This document shows positions 9,445 to 17,657 of a DNA stretch of 64,000 bases, in pieces; positions within the stretch are counted from its first letter, which is position 1; every line of letters starts with the position of its first letter. Below the pieces are notes generated by a model. The model had not been told where the DNA came from. It saw nothing but the letters and a program-made list of their open reading frames with translations, and ran no database searches. A program made the translations under genes and the position numbers. Source of the stretch: Spirochaetia bacterium (GTDB taxonomy: Bacteria > Spirochaetota > Spirochaetia > SZUA-6 > Bin103); the NCBI GenBank assembly GCA_965199955.1, contig CBDATQ010000002.1, positions 1,130,374 through 1,194,373 of the forward strand, read 5' to 3'.

Positions 9445-10797
9445 ATGGCACAGGGTGACGTTCTTCCTTCGGAGAAGCGGGAGTACCGCGAACCGGCGAC
9501 CGGCGTGAAGGTGGTGCAGCTTACCGATGGGCCCTGCTACAACGTCCACCCCTACTACAACCAGGAGGGGTTCATCGGCGGCTCGGAGCGGTTCGTGTTT
9601 GCTTCCAACCGCTCCGGAAAAGGTCAGATCTACGCGGTGGAGACCGGCTCCGGCAAGATCGTGCAACTCACCGACTACGAGGAACCGCCGGTGATGGCAG
9701 GCCTGGACCCGCACACCGGGACCGGCGGCTCGGCCGGCCTGACCTGCGATCCGGTGCGCGGCCGCATCTACTACGGCTGCGGCCGGCACTATTGCTGCCT
9801 GGACGTCGAGACCCTGCGCGAGGAGATCGTCGCCGAGTCGCCGCCGGGGTGCGAACCGCTGGGCGGCTCGGATCTGTCGAGCTGTGGACGCTACCTGGTA
9901 CTGATGACGCGGCCCGACGACGCATCGCCGTGGCCGATGCACGACGACTCCCGCTATCGGCACGGCAGCGAGATGCTGGTGATCCTGTGCGACTTGGAGG
10001 AGCGGCGGCAGGCGATCGTCTACCACGGCCCCAGCGCCGAGAACCGCGCCGCGGCGGACAGCCACCTGTTCATCTGCCGGGGCGATCCCTCCTACCTGTT
10101 CTTCGGCAGCTACACCCGCACGCAGCCGACCGGGCTGAAGACCATGTGGTTCATGCGGGTCGACCTGGAGCGCCTGGTGCCGCTGCAGGATCCGCTGCCG
10201 ATCTTCCCGCAGCAGCCGCACGAGATGGTCAACCACTACTACCCGGCGCCGAACAACCACGTCGAGTCGCTGCTGTTCACGTTGACCGAGCGCGACCGCG
10301 ACAGCATACCGGTGAGCCCGGTGCGCCGCGCGGAGATGATCGACGTCGACCTGGTCAACCGGGTGGAGCGCCGCTGGGTTTTCCCGGGCCGCGAGCCCAT
10401 CCACTTCAAGTGCAACTCCAAGCCCGACCTGTGGGTGGGCGACGCCGCCGACCCCGGCCTGCAATGGTTCGAGGGTCGCGGCGATCTCGACCGGTACGTG
10501 GACGATGGGGAAGGCGAGGCCGCCGAGGGTCCTGACTCGTCGGCGCGCCGGGACCCGGACGCGGTCGGGCTGACCGGCTATCGGTGGCCCGAAGCGCACC
10601 GCTGGATCGGCATGTTCCGCAAGCGCGGTCCGTTCATCGAGATGCGGCCGCTGGTGCGCCACGACACGGTCTGGCGGTGCACCCATCCGCACCCGGTGTT
10701 CTCGCCGGACGACCGCTGGGTGGCCTATGGGTCCGGGGACCGCCGGCAGGCGCAGCTCTTCCTGGCGGAGGCGGTCTGGCCGCGCTGGATGACGTGA
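9445..10797 (+). CDS. Oligogalacturonide-lyase-like (PL22/TolB-like beta-propeller) protein, copy 1
   Basis: ATG at 9445, preceded by GGAGGAGGG. The N-terminus (..EKREYREPATGVKVVQLTD..HPYYNQEGF..FASNRSGKGQIY) matches the oligogalacturonate lyase architecture. The C-terminus (HPHPVFSPDDRWVAY) is typical. Confidence 0.65.
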   Translation: MAQGDVLPSEKREYREPATGVKVVQLTDGPCYNVHPYYNQEGFIGGSERFVFASNRSGKGQIYAVETGSGKIVQLTDYEEPPVMAGLDPHTGTGGSAGLTCDPVRGRIYYGCGRHYCCLDVETLREEIVAESPPGCEPLGGSDLSSCGRYLVLMTRPDDASPWPMHDDSRYRHGSEMLVILCDLEERRQAIVYHGPSAENRAAADSHLFICRGDPSYLFFGSYTRTQPTGLKTMWFMRVDLERLVPLQDPLPIFPQQPHEMVNHYYPAPNNHVESLLFTLTERDRDSIPVSPVRRAEMIDVDLVNRVERRWVFPGREPIHFKCNSKPDLWVGDAADPGLQWFEGRGDLDRYVDDGEGEAAEGPDSSARRDPDAVGLTGYRWPEAHRWIGMFRKRGPFIEMRPLVRHDTVWRCTHPHPVFSPDDRWVAYGSGDRRQAQLFLAEAVWPRWMT

Positions 10798-11095
10798 GCG
10801 CTCCCGCCGGCTCGTTAGGCGAGCTTGACAGGGCTGTGGAGTAGGGGAAGGCTCGGGAGAACGTATCCGATCCGTCACGCGTCGATCGAGGACGTGCTTA
10901 CGCTGGCTTGCGCCCGCACGTTTCCTTCCAGCCCCGTCCGCCACAGGGACGAACGACGTCGGTCCGCGTGCGCACCGATGACGCACGGCTCCACGCGCCG
11001 ATGATCGTCGTCGATACGCGGCAACGGCTCGCCGGCCGTCGCGACTACGTCACCAAGAACGTCCGCCGTCACTGGTTCATTTATAACTATGCGTC

Positions 11096-11356
11096 GTGAG
11101 CGAAGCCTGGGAAGCCCTGCCGCAGTGGATGGATTTCATCTCGCTGTCCGATGAGGCCGCTCAGATCCAGAGTGCGCTCAACGACGTCAGGACCAGGTGG
11201 TTTGTCGATTTCCTGCTCGGCAACAAGGATGTAGCCACCGAATGGGATGCGTTCGTGCAGGAGTACAAGGAGCGAGGCGGCGACCAGATTCTTGCCGAGT
11301 GGGCGCACGAGGCCGATGAGGCACGCGCCCAGTGGGAGGCGGTCGTCGGCGGATAG
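11096..11356 (+). pseudogene. C-terminal relic of an LplA-type extracellular solute-binding protein
   Basis: The 86-aa ORF (..AAQIQSALNDVRTRWFVDFLLGNKDVATEWDAFVQEYKERGGDQILAEW..) aligns to the last ~80 aa of the binding proteins at 25028-26674 and 48037-49687. No N-terminal part is present. Confidence 0.55.
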
Positions 11357-11411
11357 TCGACGTTATCGGCGCGGAGGGGAGGCTTCTCCCCTCCCGCCGT
11401 TACGCAGGCGC

Positions 11412-11624
11412 TCAGCCCGCTTTCTGCAGCTCGGTCATCCCCTTGACGTGCGCTCGTACGGAGTGGCTGGGCGCGGCAGAGGTCGTCGCCGGCACCAGGG
11501 CACAGGCGCTGCAGATGCGATCGCGGCCGTAGTTGGCTTCGACCCCGCGCGGGGTCGTCAGGGCGCGTCCGCAGTGCAGGCATCGCGCCGGCCTTCGGGT
11601 GACGTTCGCTTGTTCAGTCAGCAT
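11412..11624 (-). CDS. Small CxxC...CxxC zinc-ribbon protein (hypothetical)
   Basis: 70 aa. A GGAGG lies 9 nt upstream of the ATG at 11624. The motif CLHCG-x18-CSAC fits a zinc ribbon. Confidence 0.45.
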   Translation of the reverse strand: MLTEQANVTRRPARCLHCGRALTTPRGVEANYGRDRICSACALVPATTSAAPSHSVRAHVKGMTELQKAG

Positions 11625-11717
11625 CGTTCACTACCTCCACCGATAGCATACGCACGCCGGCAACGACACTCAAATCCGATGGCGAGTCGGTGCGCCGCGC
11701 CGGGTCGCGGGACACGG

Positions 11718-11723
11718 TATGAT
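11718..11723 (+). promoter_or_regulatory. Candidate -10 box TATGAT upstream of the PL22-like gene copy 2
   Basis: Same GGTATGATGA motif as at 9418-9427, 18 nt upstream of the ATG at 11742. Confidence 0.35.
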
Positions 11724-11741
11724 GAACGAGGGGTTCTACGC

Positions 11742-13097
11742 ATGGCACAGGGTGACGTTCTTCGGTCTGAGAAACGGGAGTACCGCGAAGCGGCGACCGG
11801 CGTGAAGGTGGTGCAGCTCACCGACGCGCCGTGCCACAACGTGCATCCCTACTACAACCAGGAAGGGTTCGTCGGCGGTTCGGAACGGTACGTGTTCGCC
11901 TCAAACCGGTCGGGGAAGGGGCAGATCTACTCGGTGGAGCCCGGCTCCGGCAGGATCGTGCAGCTCACCGACTCGGAGGAGCCTCCGGTTCTGGCCGGCA
12001 TCGAGAATCGGCCCGGAGGGGGAGCGGGCTCGGGGGGCCTCACCTGCGACCCGGTGCGCGGGCGCATCTACTACAGCCGCGGGCAACGCGTCTGCTGCCT
12101 GGATATCGAGACCCTGCGTGAGGAGGTCGTCGCCGAATCGCCGCCGGGGTGCGGCGCCCTGGGCGGCCCCGACCTGTCGAGCTGCGGGCGCTACCTGGTG
12201 CTGGGCTGCCGGCCGGAGGGCGCGTCGACGTGGCCGTCGCGGGGCGAGAACCGCTACCGGCACGGCAGCGAGACGCTGGTGGTGCTCTGCGACCTGCAGG
12301 AGGGGCGGCAGGCGGTCGTCTACCACGGCCCGAGCGCCGAGAACCGCGCCGCGGCCGACAGCCACCTGTTCATCTGCCGGGGCGATCCGTCCTACCTGTT
12401 CTTCGGAAGCTATACGCGCACGCAGCCCACGGGTCTGAAGACGATGTGGTTCATGCGGGTAGACCTGGAGCGGCTGGTGCCCTTGCAGGATCCGCTGCCG
12501 ATCTTCGATCAGCAGCCGTTCGAGATGGTCAACCATTACTACCCGGCGCCGAACAATCACGTCGAGTCGCAGTTGTTCACCTACACCCAGCACGACCGCG
12601 ACGGCGTCCCGGTGAGCCCGGTGCGGCGCGCGGAGATGATCGACGTCGACGTGGTCAACCGCGTCGACCGCCGCTGGGTCTTCCCCGGCCGCGAGCCTAT
12701 CCACTTCAAGTGCAACTCGAAGGCCGACCTCTGGGTGGGCGACGCCGCCGACCCCGGCCCGCTGTGGTTCGAGGGACGGGGCGACCTGGAGCGCTTCGTG
12801 GACGAAGGGGAAGGGGAGGCCGCCGAGGGACCCCTCTCGTCGGCGCGCCGCGATCCACAGGCGATCGGGCCGGAAGGCTACCGCTGGCCGCAAGCGCACC
12901 GTTGGATCGGCATGTTCCGCAAGCGTGGCCCGTTCATCGAGATGCGGCCGCTGGCGCGCCACGACACGGTGTGGCGCTGCATCCATCCGCACCCGGTGTT
13001 CTCGCCCGACGACCGCTGGACGGCCTGGGGCGCGGGCGGCGCCCGGCAGTCGCAGCTCTTCCTGGCAGAGGCGGTCTGGCCGCGTTGGCTGACGTGA
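11742..13097 (+). CDS. Oligogalacturonide-lyase-like (PL22/TolB-like beta-propeller) protein, copy 2
   Basis: 451 aa, near-identical over long stretches to 9445-10797 (for example SYLFFGSYTRTQPTGLKTMWFMRVDLERLVPLQDPLPIF). Confidence 0.65.
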   Translation: MAQGDVLRSEKREYREAATGVKVVQLTDAPCHNVHPYYNQEGFVGGSERYVFASNRSGKGQIYSVEPGSGRIVQLTDSEEPPVLAGIENRPGGGAGSGGLTCDPVRGRIYYSRGQRVCCLDIETLREEVVAESPPGCGALGGPDLSSCGRYLVLGCRPEGASTWPSRGENRYRHGSETLVVLCDLQEGRQAVVYHGPSAENRAAADSHLFICRGDPSYLFFGSYTRTQPTGLKTMWFMRVDLERLVPLQDPLPIFDQQPFEMVNHYYPAPNNHVESQLFTYTQHDRDGVPVSPVRRAEMIDVDVVNRVDRRWVFPGREPIHFKCNSKADLWVGDAADPGPLWFEGRGDLERFVDEGEGEAAEGPLSSARRDPQAIGPEGYRWPQAHRWIGMFRKRGPFIEMRPLARHDTVWRCIHPHPVFSPDDRWTAWGAGGARQSQLFLAEAVWPRWLT

Positions 13098-14005
13098 GTC
13101 CGGCGGGCACCGCCGCCGGCGACCTGCGGCTGGCCAAGTTCGATCCGCTTCCGCGGGTGCTGTTCTTCGACGACTTCGACGAAGGCATCAACGGCTGGTG
13201 CGAGCTCTGCGGCAACCACGACAACAACCTCGACAACATCCGCCCGCTGGTGCGCGACCTGCGGCCGTCGCAGCTCTCCACCTGCACCTTCTTCGACATC
13301 GGCACGCACGGCAGCTTCGACGGCGTCTACTCGCTGAAGCTGGCCACCCGGCCCCGCGTCAACCACATGAACCAGCTCATCAAGCGAGTCAGCTACGTGC
13401 GGCGCGGGCTGGTGCGGCTGGAGTCGTGGTTCACCTACAAGGCGGAGACGGTGTTCGACCCTTCGCTCACCGGGCCGAAGCAGTGGGACGGCAACTACCA
13501 CCCGGTGGAGGCGATGTTCGGCGACTTCTGCTTCAGCAACGACGTCAACGACGGCCCGGACGGCAAGCGCCACCACTGCGCGCTGCGCTACGTCAACACC
13601 GACTTCGAGGGCAACTTCGTGCGCACGTGGATGTACAAGACCTCGCTGCAGGTGACCACGAAGATGCAGCTCGCCGGCATGCCGACGCCGACCGATTACC
13701 ACACCGTGCACCCCGACGACTGGGAGGAGGTGCCCGGCGGCGCGTTCTCCCTCTGCCACAACGAGGTGCCCACCAAGATCAACTGGAACTACCTGAGCTG
13801 GACCTTCGACACCGACGCGCGCCGCAACGTCGAGCTGCGCGTGAACGACCGGGTGATGGATCTGCGCGATCTGCCCGTGCCCGTATACGACCACGAGTAC
13901 TACGGCTGCGACCGGCTGCTCAACTTCTGCATCGACGTGCGCACGCACCTGCCGGTGCGCAACTTCCTGTTCCTGGACTCGGTCCTGGTCAGCGTGGACT
14001 GGTGA
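13094..14005 (+). CDS. Hypothetical protein (303 aa), translationally coupled to the PL22-like gene
   Basis: The GTG at 13094 overlaps the upstream TGA (GTGA). The region has coding-like composition (..LFFDDFDEGINGWCELCGNHDNNLDN..). The long ORF 12149-14005 is real only from here on. I recognise no family. Confidence 0.6.
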   Translation: MSPAGTAAGDLRLAKFDPLPRVLFFDDFDEGINGWCELCGNHDNNLDNIRPLVRDLRPSQLSTCTFFDIGTHGSFDGVYSLKLATRPRVNHMNQLIKRVSYVRRGLVRLESWFTYKAETVFDPSLTGPKQWDGNYHPVEAMFGDFCFSNDVNDGPDGKRHHCALRYVNTDFEGNFVRTWMYKTSLQVTTKMQLAGMPTPTDYHTVHPDDWEEVPGGAFSLCHNEVPTKINWNYLSWTFDTDARRNVELRVNDRVMDLRDLPVPVYDHEYYGCDRLLNFCIDVRTHLPVRNFLFLDSVLVSVDW

Positions 14006-14006
14006 G

Positions 14007-14342
14007 ATGCTGCGCCGCTTTCATACCGCGGTCCTGGAGAAGAACGAGACCTACGGGGAGGCGTTCGACACCGAGCCCATGGAATGCGGCTGGGCGAGCG
14101 AGGCGACCTGGTTCCTGCGGGTGGCAGAGCTGGATGCCGGCACCACGTTCCGGGTGCAGGCGCAGGTGTCCCCGGACGGCCTGGGCTGGTGCGAAAAGGA
14201 GGGGGTGGCGCTGGCGGTCCCCGGCACCGGGCTCCACCAGTTGGAGGTCCGCCACTTCGGCGGCTGGCTGCGCCTGCGCTGCGACGTGCGGGGCGACGCG
14301 CCGCGCGTGAAACTGACGATCTACCTGGCGCTCAAGGAGTAG
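14007..14342 (+). CDS. Hypothetical protein (111 aa)
   Basis: The ATG at 14007 lies 1 nt after the upstream stop. No family recognised. Its last 96 nt are repeated at 15993-16088. Confidence 0.55.
   Translation: MLRRFHTAVLEKNETYGEAFDTEPMECGWASEATWFLRVAELDAGTTFRVQAQVSPDGLGWCEKEGVALAVPGTGLHQLEVRHFGGWLRLRCDVRGDAPRVKLTIYLALKE
14247..14342 (+). repeat. 96-bp direct repeat, copy 1 (3' end of the 111-aa gene)
   Basis: GTCCGCCACTTCGGCGGCTGGCTG...CTCAAGGAGTAG recurs with a few substitutions at 15993-16088. Confidence 0.85.
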
Positions 14343-14457
14343 TTCGCGTGAGGCCGCCGGCCGGTTGACGCTGCACGCAGCCCGGCAACACACTCCGAAT
14401 TCGTTCGTCCTGGATTCGTGGCGCTGTCGCATTCCCCTGAACACGGAGGCAACGGAA

Positions 14458-15948
14458 ATGTCCGATGCAACATGCACGAGCGACTGGCAGGAACTGCATG
14501 TGGAGACCGGATTCTACCCGCCGGTGACCTATCTGCTGATCGACGACCTGCACATTCGCAGGATGGAGGGCGTGCAGCGCGCGCTGTGCGAGCCGCAGAA
14601 GCATCCGGAGCCTGTCGTCCAGGCCCAGAAGCCTTGGGAAGGAGAGGGCGTGTGGATGCACAACGGGTGGCTTTACGACCGCGATGAAAAGGTATTCAAG
14701 CTGTGGTACCATTGTCACGACCCCAGCTTCTACGACGAATACCCGCACCTGGGGTGGAACTATCGCCGCGCCTACGCGGTTTCGGCAGACGCGCGGACCT
14801 GGGAAAAGCCGGAGCTGGGTGTTGTACCTTGGCAGGGAAGCACCCGCAACAACCTGGTGGAATTTCCTCCGGCCGGCGGTGACGGCCCGAACGCCAACGT
14901 GTTCAAGAATCCGGGGGACGGCGATCCCAACCGCCGCTACATGTCCTTGAGCTCGGAACGCCACCCCCGAGAACCGGGTGAAAAAGCCATCACGTGGCCG
15001 GGCGGTCCGGATCCGAAGGACGATCCCAACGGGCGCGGCTTTTACCTCTGCGACTCGCCAGACGGCTTTTCCTGGACCCGGCGGCCGCGACCCATCATGA
15101 GCCACGCGCTGTGCATGGACGGGCCTACCGTTCACGGGTTCGACGAAGACCTGAACGCGTGGATACTGTGGTGGCGTCCGCGCATTGGCCCGAAATTCCG
15201 AACCATGGGCATCAGCATCGCACGCGATCTTGAGAGAGTCCCGTACCCGCAGATGGCGCTGGTACCCGACGACGATGATGCGCCCGGTACCGAGTTTGAC
15301 CGCTGCGCATCGATCAAGGTTTCGGGCGGATACGTCGCGCTGGTGCGCACTCTGTTTCCCGAGTACAATCGCCGCGAAGCGAGGGATTTTCGGCACATCC
15401 ACTGCCAACTGGCTTTCAGCCGGGATGCACGCACGTGGAGTCGGCCGGCCGGTCGCCAGTCCATGTTGACCGTCGGCGAACCGGGCACCTGGGACGAACT
15501 GCTCATCACACCGGCAAACCCGATCCAGGTCGGCGACGACATCTACATTCTGTATCAAGCGGGTCGCGGCGAGACGCAGCGTGGGATCGGATTGGCCACA
15601 CTCAAACGCGATCGCTGGGCAGCGATCGAACCGGTCCACATCCATGGGGTGTTGAAGACCCACCCGATCAGTTGGGCCGATCGTCAGCTGCGTATCAACG
15701 CCAACGCCACAGGCGGTTCGATTCGTGCCGAGCTTCTGGATGTTGAAGACAAACCCGTTCCAGGATTCACGATGGGCGATAGCGATCCGGTTAGCGGCGA
15801 CAGCCTCGACCACACAATGAGCTGGGGAGGAAAATCTCAGCTTCCGGACGATATGATTGGCGCCGCGTACTTGGAAGGGACGCCGGGTCGAGTCATGTCG
15901 ATTCGATTCGACATCGATCGTGCCAGGCTGTTCTCGTTTTCGTGCTGA
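14458..15948 (+). CDS. Beta-propeller plus beta-sandwich glycoside-hydrolase-like protein (GH32/43/130-like fold, family unassigned)
   Basis: ATG at 14458, 9 nt after GGAGG; 496 aa. Intact paralogue of pseudogene 7966-9317. No signal peptide. Confidence 0.6.
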   Translation: MSDATCTSDWQELHVETGFYPPVTYLLIDDLHIRRMEGVQRALCEPQKHPEPVVQAQKPWEGEGVWMHNGWLYDRDEKVFKLWYHCHDPSFYDEYPHLGWNYRRAYAVSADARTWEKPELGVVPWQGSTRNNLVEFPPAGGDGPNANVFKNPGDGDPNRRYMSLSSERHPREPGEKAITWPGGPDPKDDPNGRGFYLCDSPDGFSWTRRPRPIMSHALCMDGPTVHGFDEDLNAWILWWRPRIGPKFRTMGISIARDLERVPYPQMALVPDDDDAPGTEFDRCASIKVSGGYVALVRTLFPEYNRREARDFRHIHCQLAFSRDARTWSRPAGRQSMLTVGEPGTWDELLITPANPIQVGDDIYILYQAGRGETQRGIGLATLKRDRWAAIEPVHIHGVLKTHPISWADRQLRINANATGGSIRAELLDVEDKPVPGFTMGDSDPVSGDSLDHTMSWGGKSQLPDDMIGAAYLEGTPGRVMSIRFDIDRARLFSFSC

Positions 15949-15992
15949 AACACCCTTGTCAATCGGCAACACTGGGACACTTTGGGACCCGA

Positions 15993-16088
15993 GTCCGCCA
16001 CTTCGGCGGCTGGCTGTGGTTGCGCTGCGACGTGCGGGGCGACGCGCCGCGCGTGAAGCTGACGTTCTACTTGTCGCTCAAGGAGTGA
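15993..16088 (+). repeat. 96-bp direct repeat, copy 2 (orphan gene tail)
   Basis: Copy of 14247-14342 including a stop codon, with no upstream coding part. It abuts the truncated vapC. Confidence 0.85.
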
Positions 16089-16107
16089 CCGCGCCGTAAG
16101 CCGGCAG

Positions 16108-16251
16108 CTACCACCCGAAGTGAAGCTCCGCCTTGACGACACTGCAGAGGCAGATCGATCCCGGCGTGTGGCCGAGCAGCCGCGCGGTAAGGTTGGTATC
16201 GGAACGATTGATCAGCGGTATGCAGACGCTGGTGTCGAGCAGCCAGGTCAC
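16108..16251 (-). pseudogene. vapC: Truncated PIN-domain toxin (N-terminal ~47 codons only)
   Basis: The GTG at 16251 overlaps the vapB stop (GTGA). VTWLLDTSVCIPLINRSDTNLTARLL...SVVKAELHFGW is a PIN N-terminus, then a stop. The remaining ~80 aa are missing. Confidence 0.6.
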
Positions 16252-16469
16252 CGCAACGTCTCGACATCCTCGGGGGGCGGGTCGTCGGGCTCGACCAAGT
16301 CTGCGCTGCCGCGATGCAACAGATCCACCAGGCTGCTGGGCCATTCCGTGACGCTCTCCCGGCGAACCAGGCGAGCGAGCCATGCCGAGAGGCTGCTGTT
16401 CTGTTCTTCTGCCCGCTTGCGCGCCGCATCCAGCACGTCCTGGGGCAGGTATACCGTCACCTGTGCCAT
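16248..16469 (-). CDS. vapB: Ribbon-helix-helix antitoxin
   Basis: 73 aa, MAQVTVYLPQDVLDAARKRAEEQNSSLSAWLARLV..., a CopG/RHH-type N-terminus. It sits upstream of the PIN remnant with a 4-nt overlap. Confidence 0.7.
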   Translation of the reverse strand: MAQVTVYLPQDVLDAARKRAEEQNSSLSAWLARLVRRESVTEWPSSLVDLLHRGSADLVEPDDPPPEDVETLR

Positions 16470-16474
16470 GGAGG

Positions 16475-16498
16475 AACTATACGTGGGCACGTATAGTT
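16475..16498. promoter_or_regulatory. 24-bp palindromic operator overlapping a -10 box
   Basis: AACTATACGTG-GG-CACGTATAGTT has perfect 11-bp arms. On the coding strand, TATAGT lies 6 nt upstream of the vapB ATG. Confidence 0.55.
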
Positions 16499-16509
16499 GG
16501 TCCAAGCGT

Positions 16510-16830
16510 CTAACGCCGCACGCGTCGGAAAGCAGCGGCTCCTGCCGCTCGACGCCCAGCAGTGACTATGCAGCGGGACGCCGTCGCGATCGAGTGGCAC
16601 GTAGTCGCACCCCCACGAGTCGACCGACAGGCTGGCCAGCGCCGGCGCTGGCCTCTGCGGATCTCCGCCCAGAGTGCCTGCAGGTCCCAGGTGAGCCGCT
16701 CGCCATGCTCCCGCAGCGGTGTCGGAAAGCGATGCACCTCCTCCACGTCCAGCCGGGCGCCAGCAAGCGTGCCCAGCATCGCACGGCCGCTGCCGGCGCC
16801 CAGATCGAAAGCCAGGTGGGTACTTGCCAT
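16510..16830 (-). pseudogene. N-terminal relic of an FGGY kinase (rhamnulokinase-like), frameshifted and truncated
   Basis: LAFDLGAGSGRAMLGTL..LDVEEVHRFPTPLREHGERLTWDLQALWAEIRRG continues in another frame as ..LASLSVDSWGCDYVPLDRDGVPLH. The homology then ends. Confidence 0.55.
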
Positions 16831-16874
16831 CGGAGACGCTGGCGTCGAGGGTACCGTGCGGGAGAGTATCTGAC

Positions 16875-17657
16875 ATGGCGACCGACAGTAGCAGGCGCCG
16901 CACCGCGGCCGTCACCGGGGGCGCGGCCGGCATCGGCCTGGCGACCTGCAGGGAGTTCCTGTGTCGAGGCATGGCCGTGGCGATCGTGGACCGCGACGCG
17001 GAGGCGGCACGGAAGACGGCGGAGGAGTTACGGGCCACGATGGCCGACGCAACGCAGAAGGTGGTTCCGGCGCCCGCCGACGTGCGCGACAGCGCCGCGG
17101 TGGACGCCGCCATCGCCGCGGCGGTCGAGGAGATGGGTGGACTGGACGTTCTGGTCAACTGCGCCGGCATCACCGACCGGGCGCCCGCGGCGGAGATGAC
17201 CGATGCGTCGTGGTCCCGAATGTTGGACGTCCACATGTCGGGCACGTTCCGGTGCTGCCGGGCCGCGTTCCCGGCGCTGCGCGATTCCGACACCGCCGCG
17301 ATCGTCAACATGTCCTCGGTCGGCGCCCACTTGGGGTTCCCGCTGCGCGCCTCCTATTGTGCGGCCAAGAGCGGCATCGAGGCGCTGACGCGCTCGCTGG
17401 CCGTGGAGTGGGCAGCCCACGGCATCCGCGTCAACGCCGTCGCGCCAACCTGGGTGCGCACCGCGATCCTGGATGACGCGGTGGCCAGAGGCGTGCTGGA
17501 CGAAGCCAAGATCAAGGCGATCACGCCGCTCGGGGGCGTCGTCGAACCGTTCGAGGTGGCCAAGGCGATCACCTTCCTGGCTTCACCCGACGCCCGCATG
17601 ATTACGGGACAATCGTTGCTGATCGACGGCGGCTTGGTGATCAACCCGCATGTCTGA
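16875..17657 (+). CDS. Short-chain dehydrogenase/reductase (FabG/KduD-like)
   Basis: 260 aa with TGGAAGIG cofactor motif, NCAG, and the S...YxxxK catalytic pattern (YCAAK). Confidence 0.85.
   Translation: MATDSSRRRTAAVTGGAAGIGLATCREFLCRGMAVAIVDRDAEAARKTAEELRATMADATQKVVPAPADVRDSAAVDAAIAAAVEEMGGLDVLVNCAGITDRAPAAEMTDASWSRMLDVHMSGTFRCCRAAFPALRDSDTAAIVNMSSVGAHLGFPLRASYCAAKSGIEALTRSLAVEWAAHGIRVNAVAPTWVRTAILDDAVARGVLDEAKIKAITPLGGVVEPFEVAKAITFLASPDARMITGQSLLIDGGLVINPHV

Noticed and set aside
10875-11099. Short ORFs 10875-11072(-) and 10908-11099(+) in the spacer between the duplicated PL22-like genes.
   Set aside because: They have no RBS and no recognisable motifs. They lie in rearrangement debris adjacent to the binding-protein relic.
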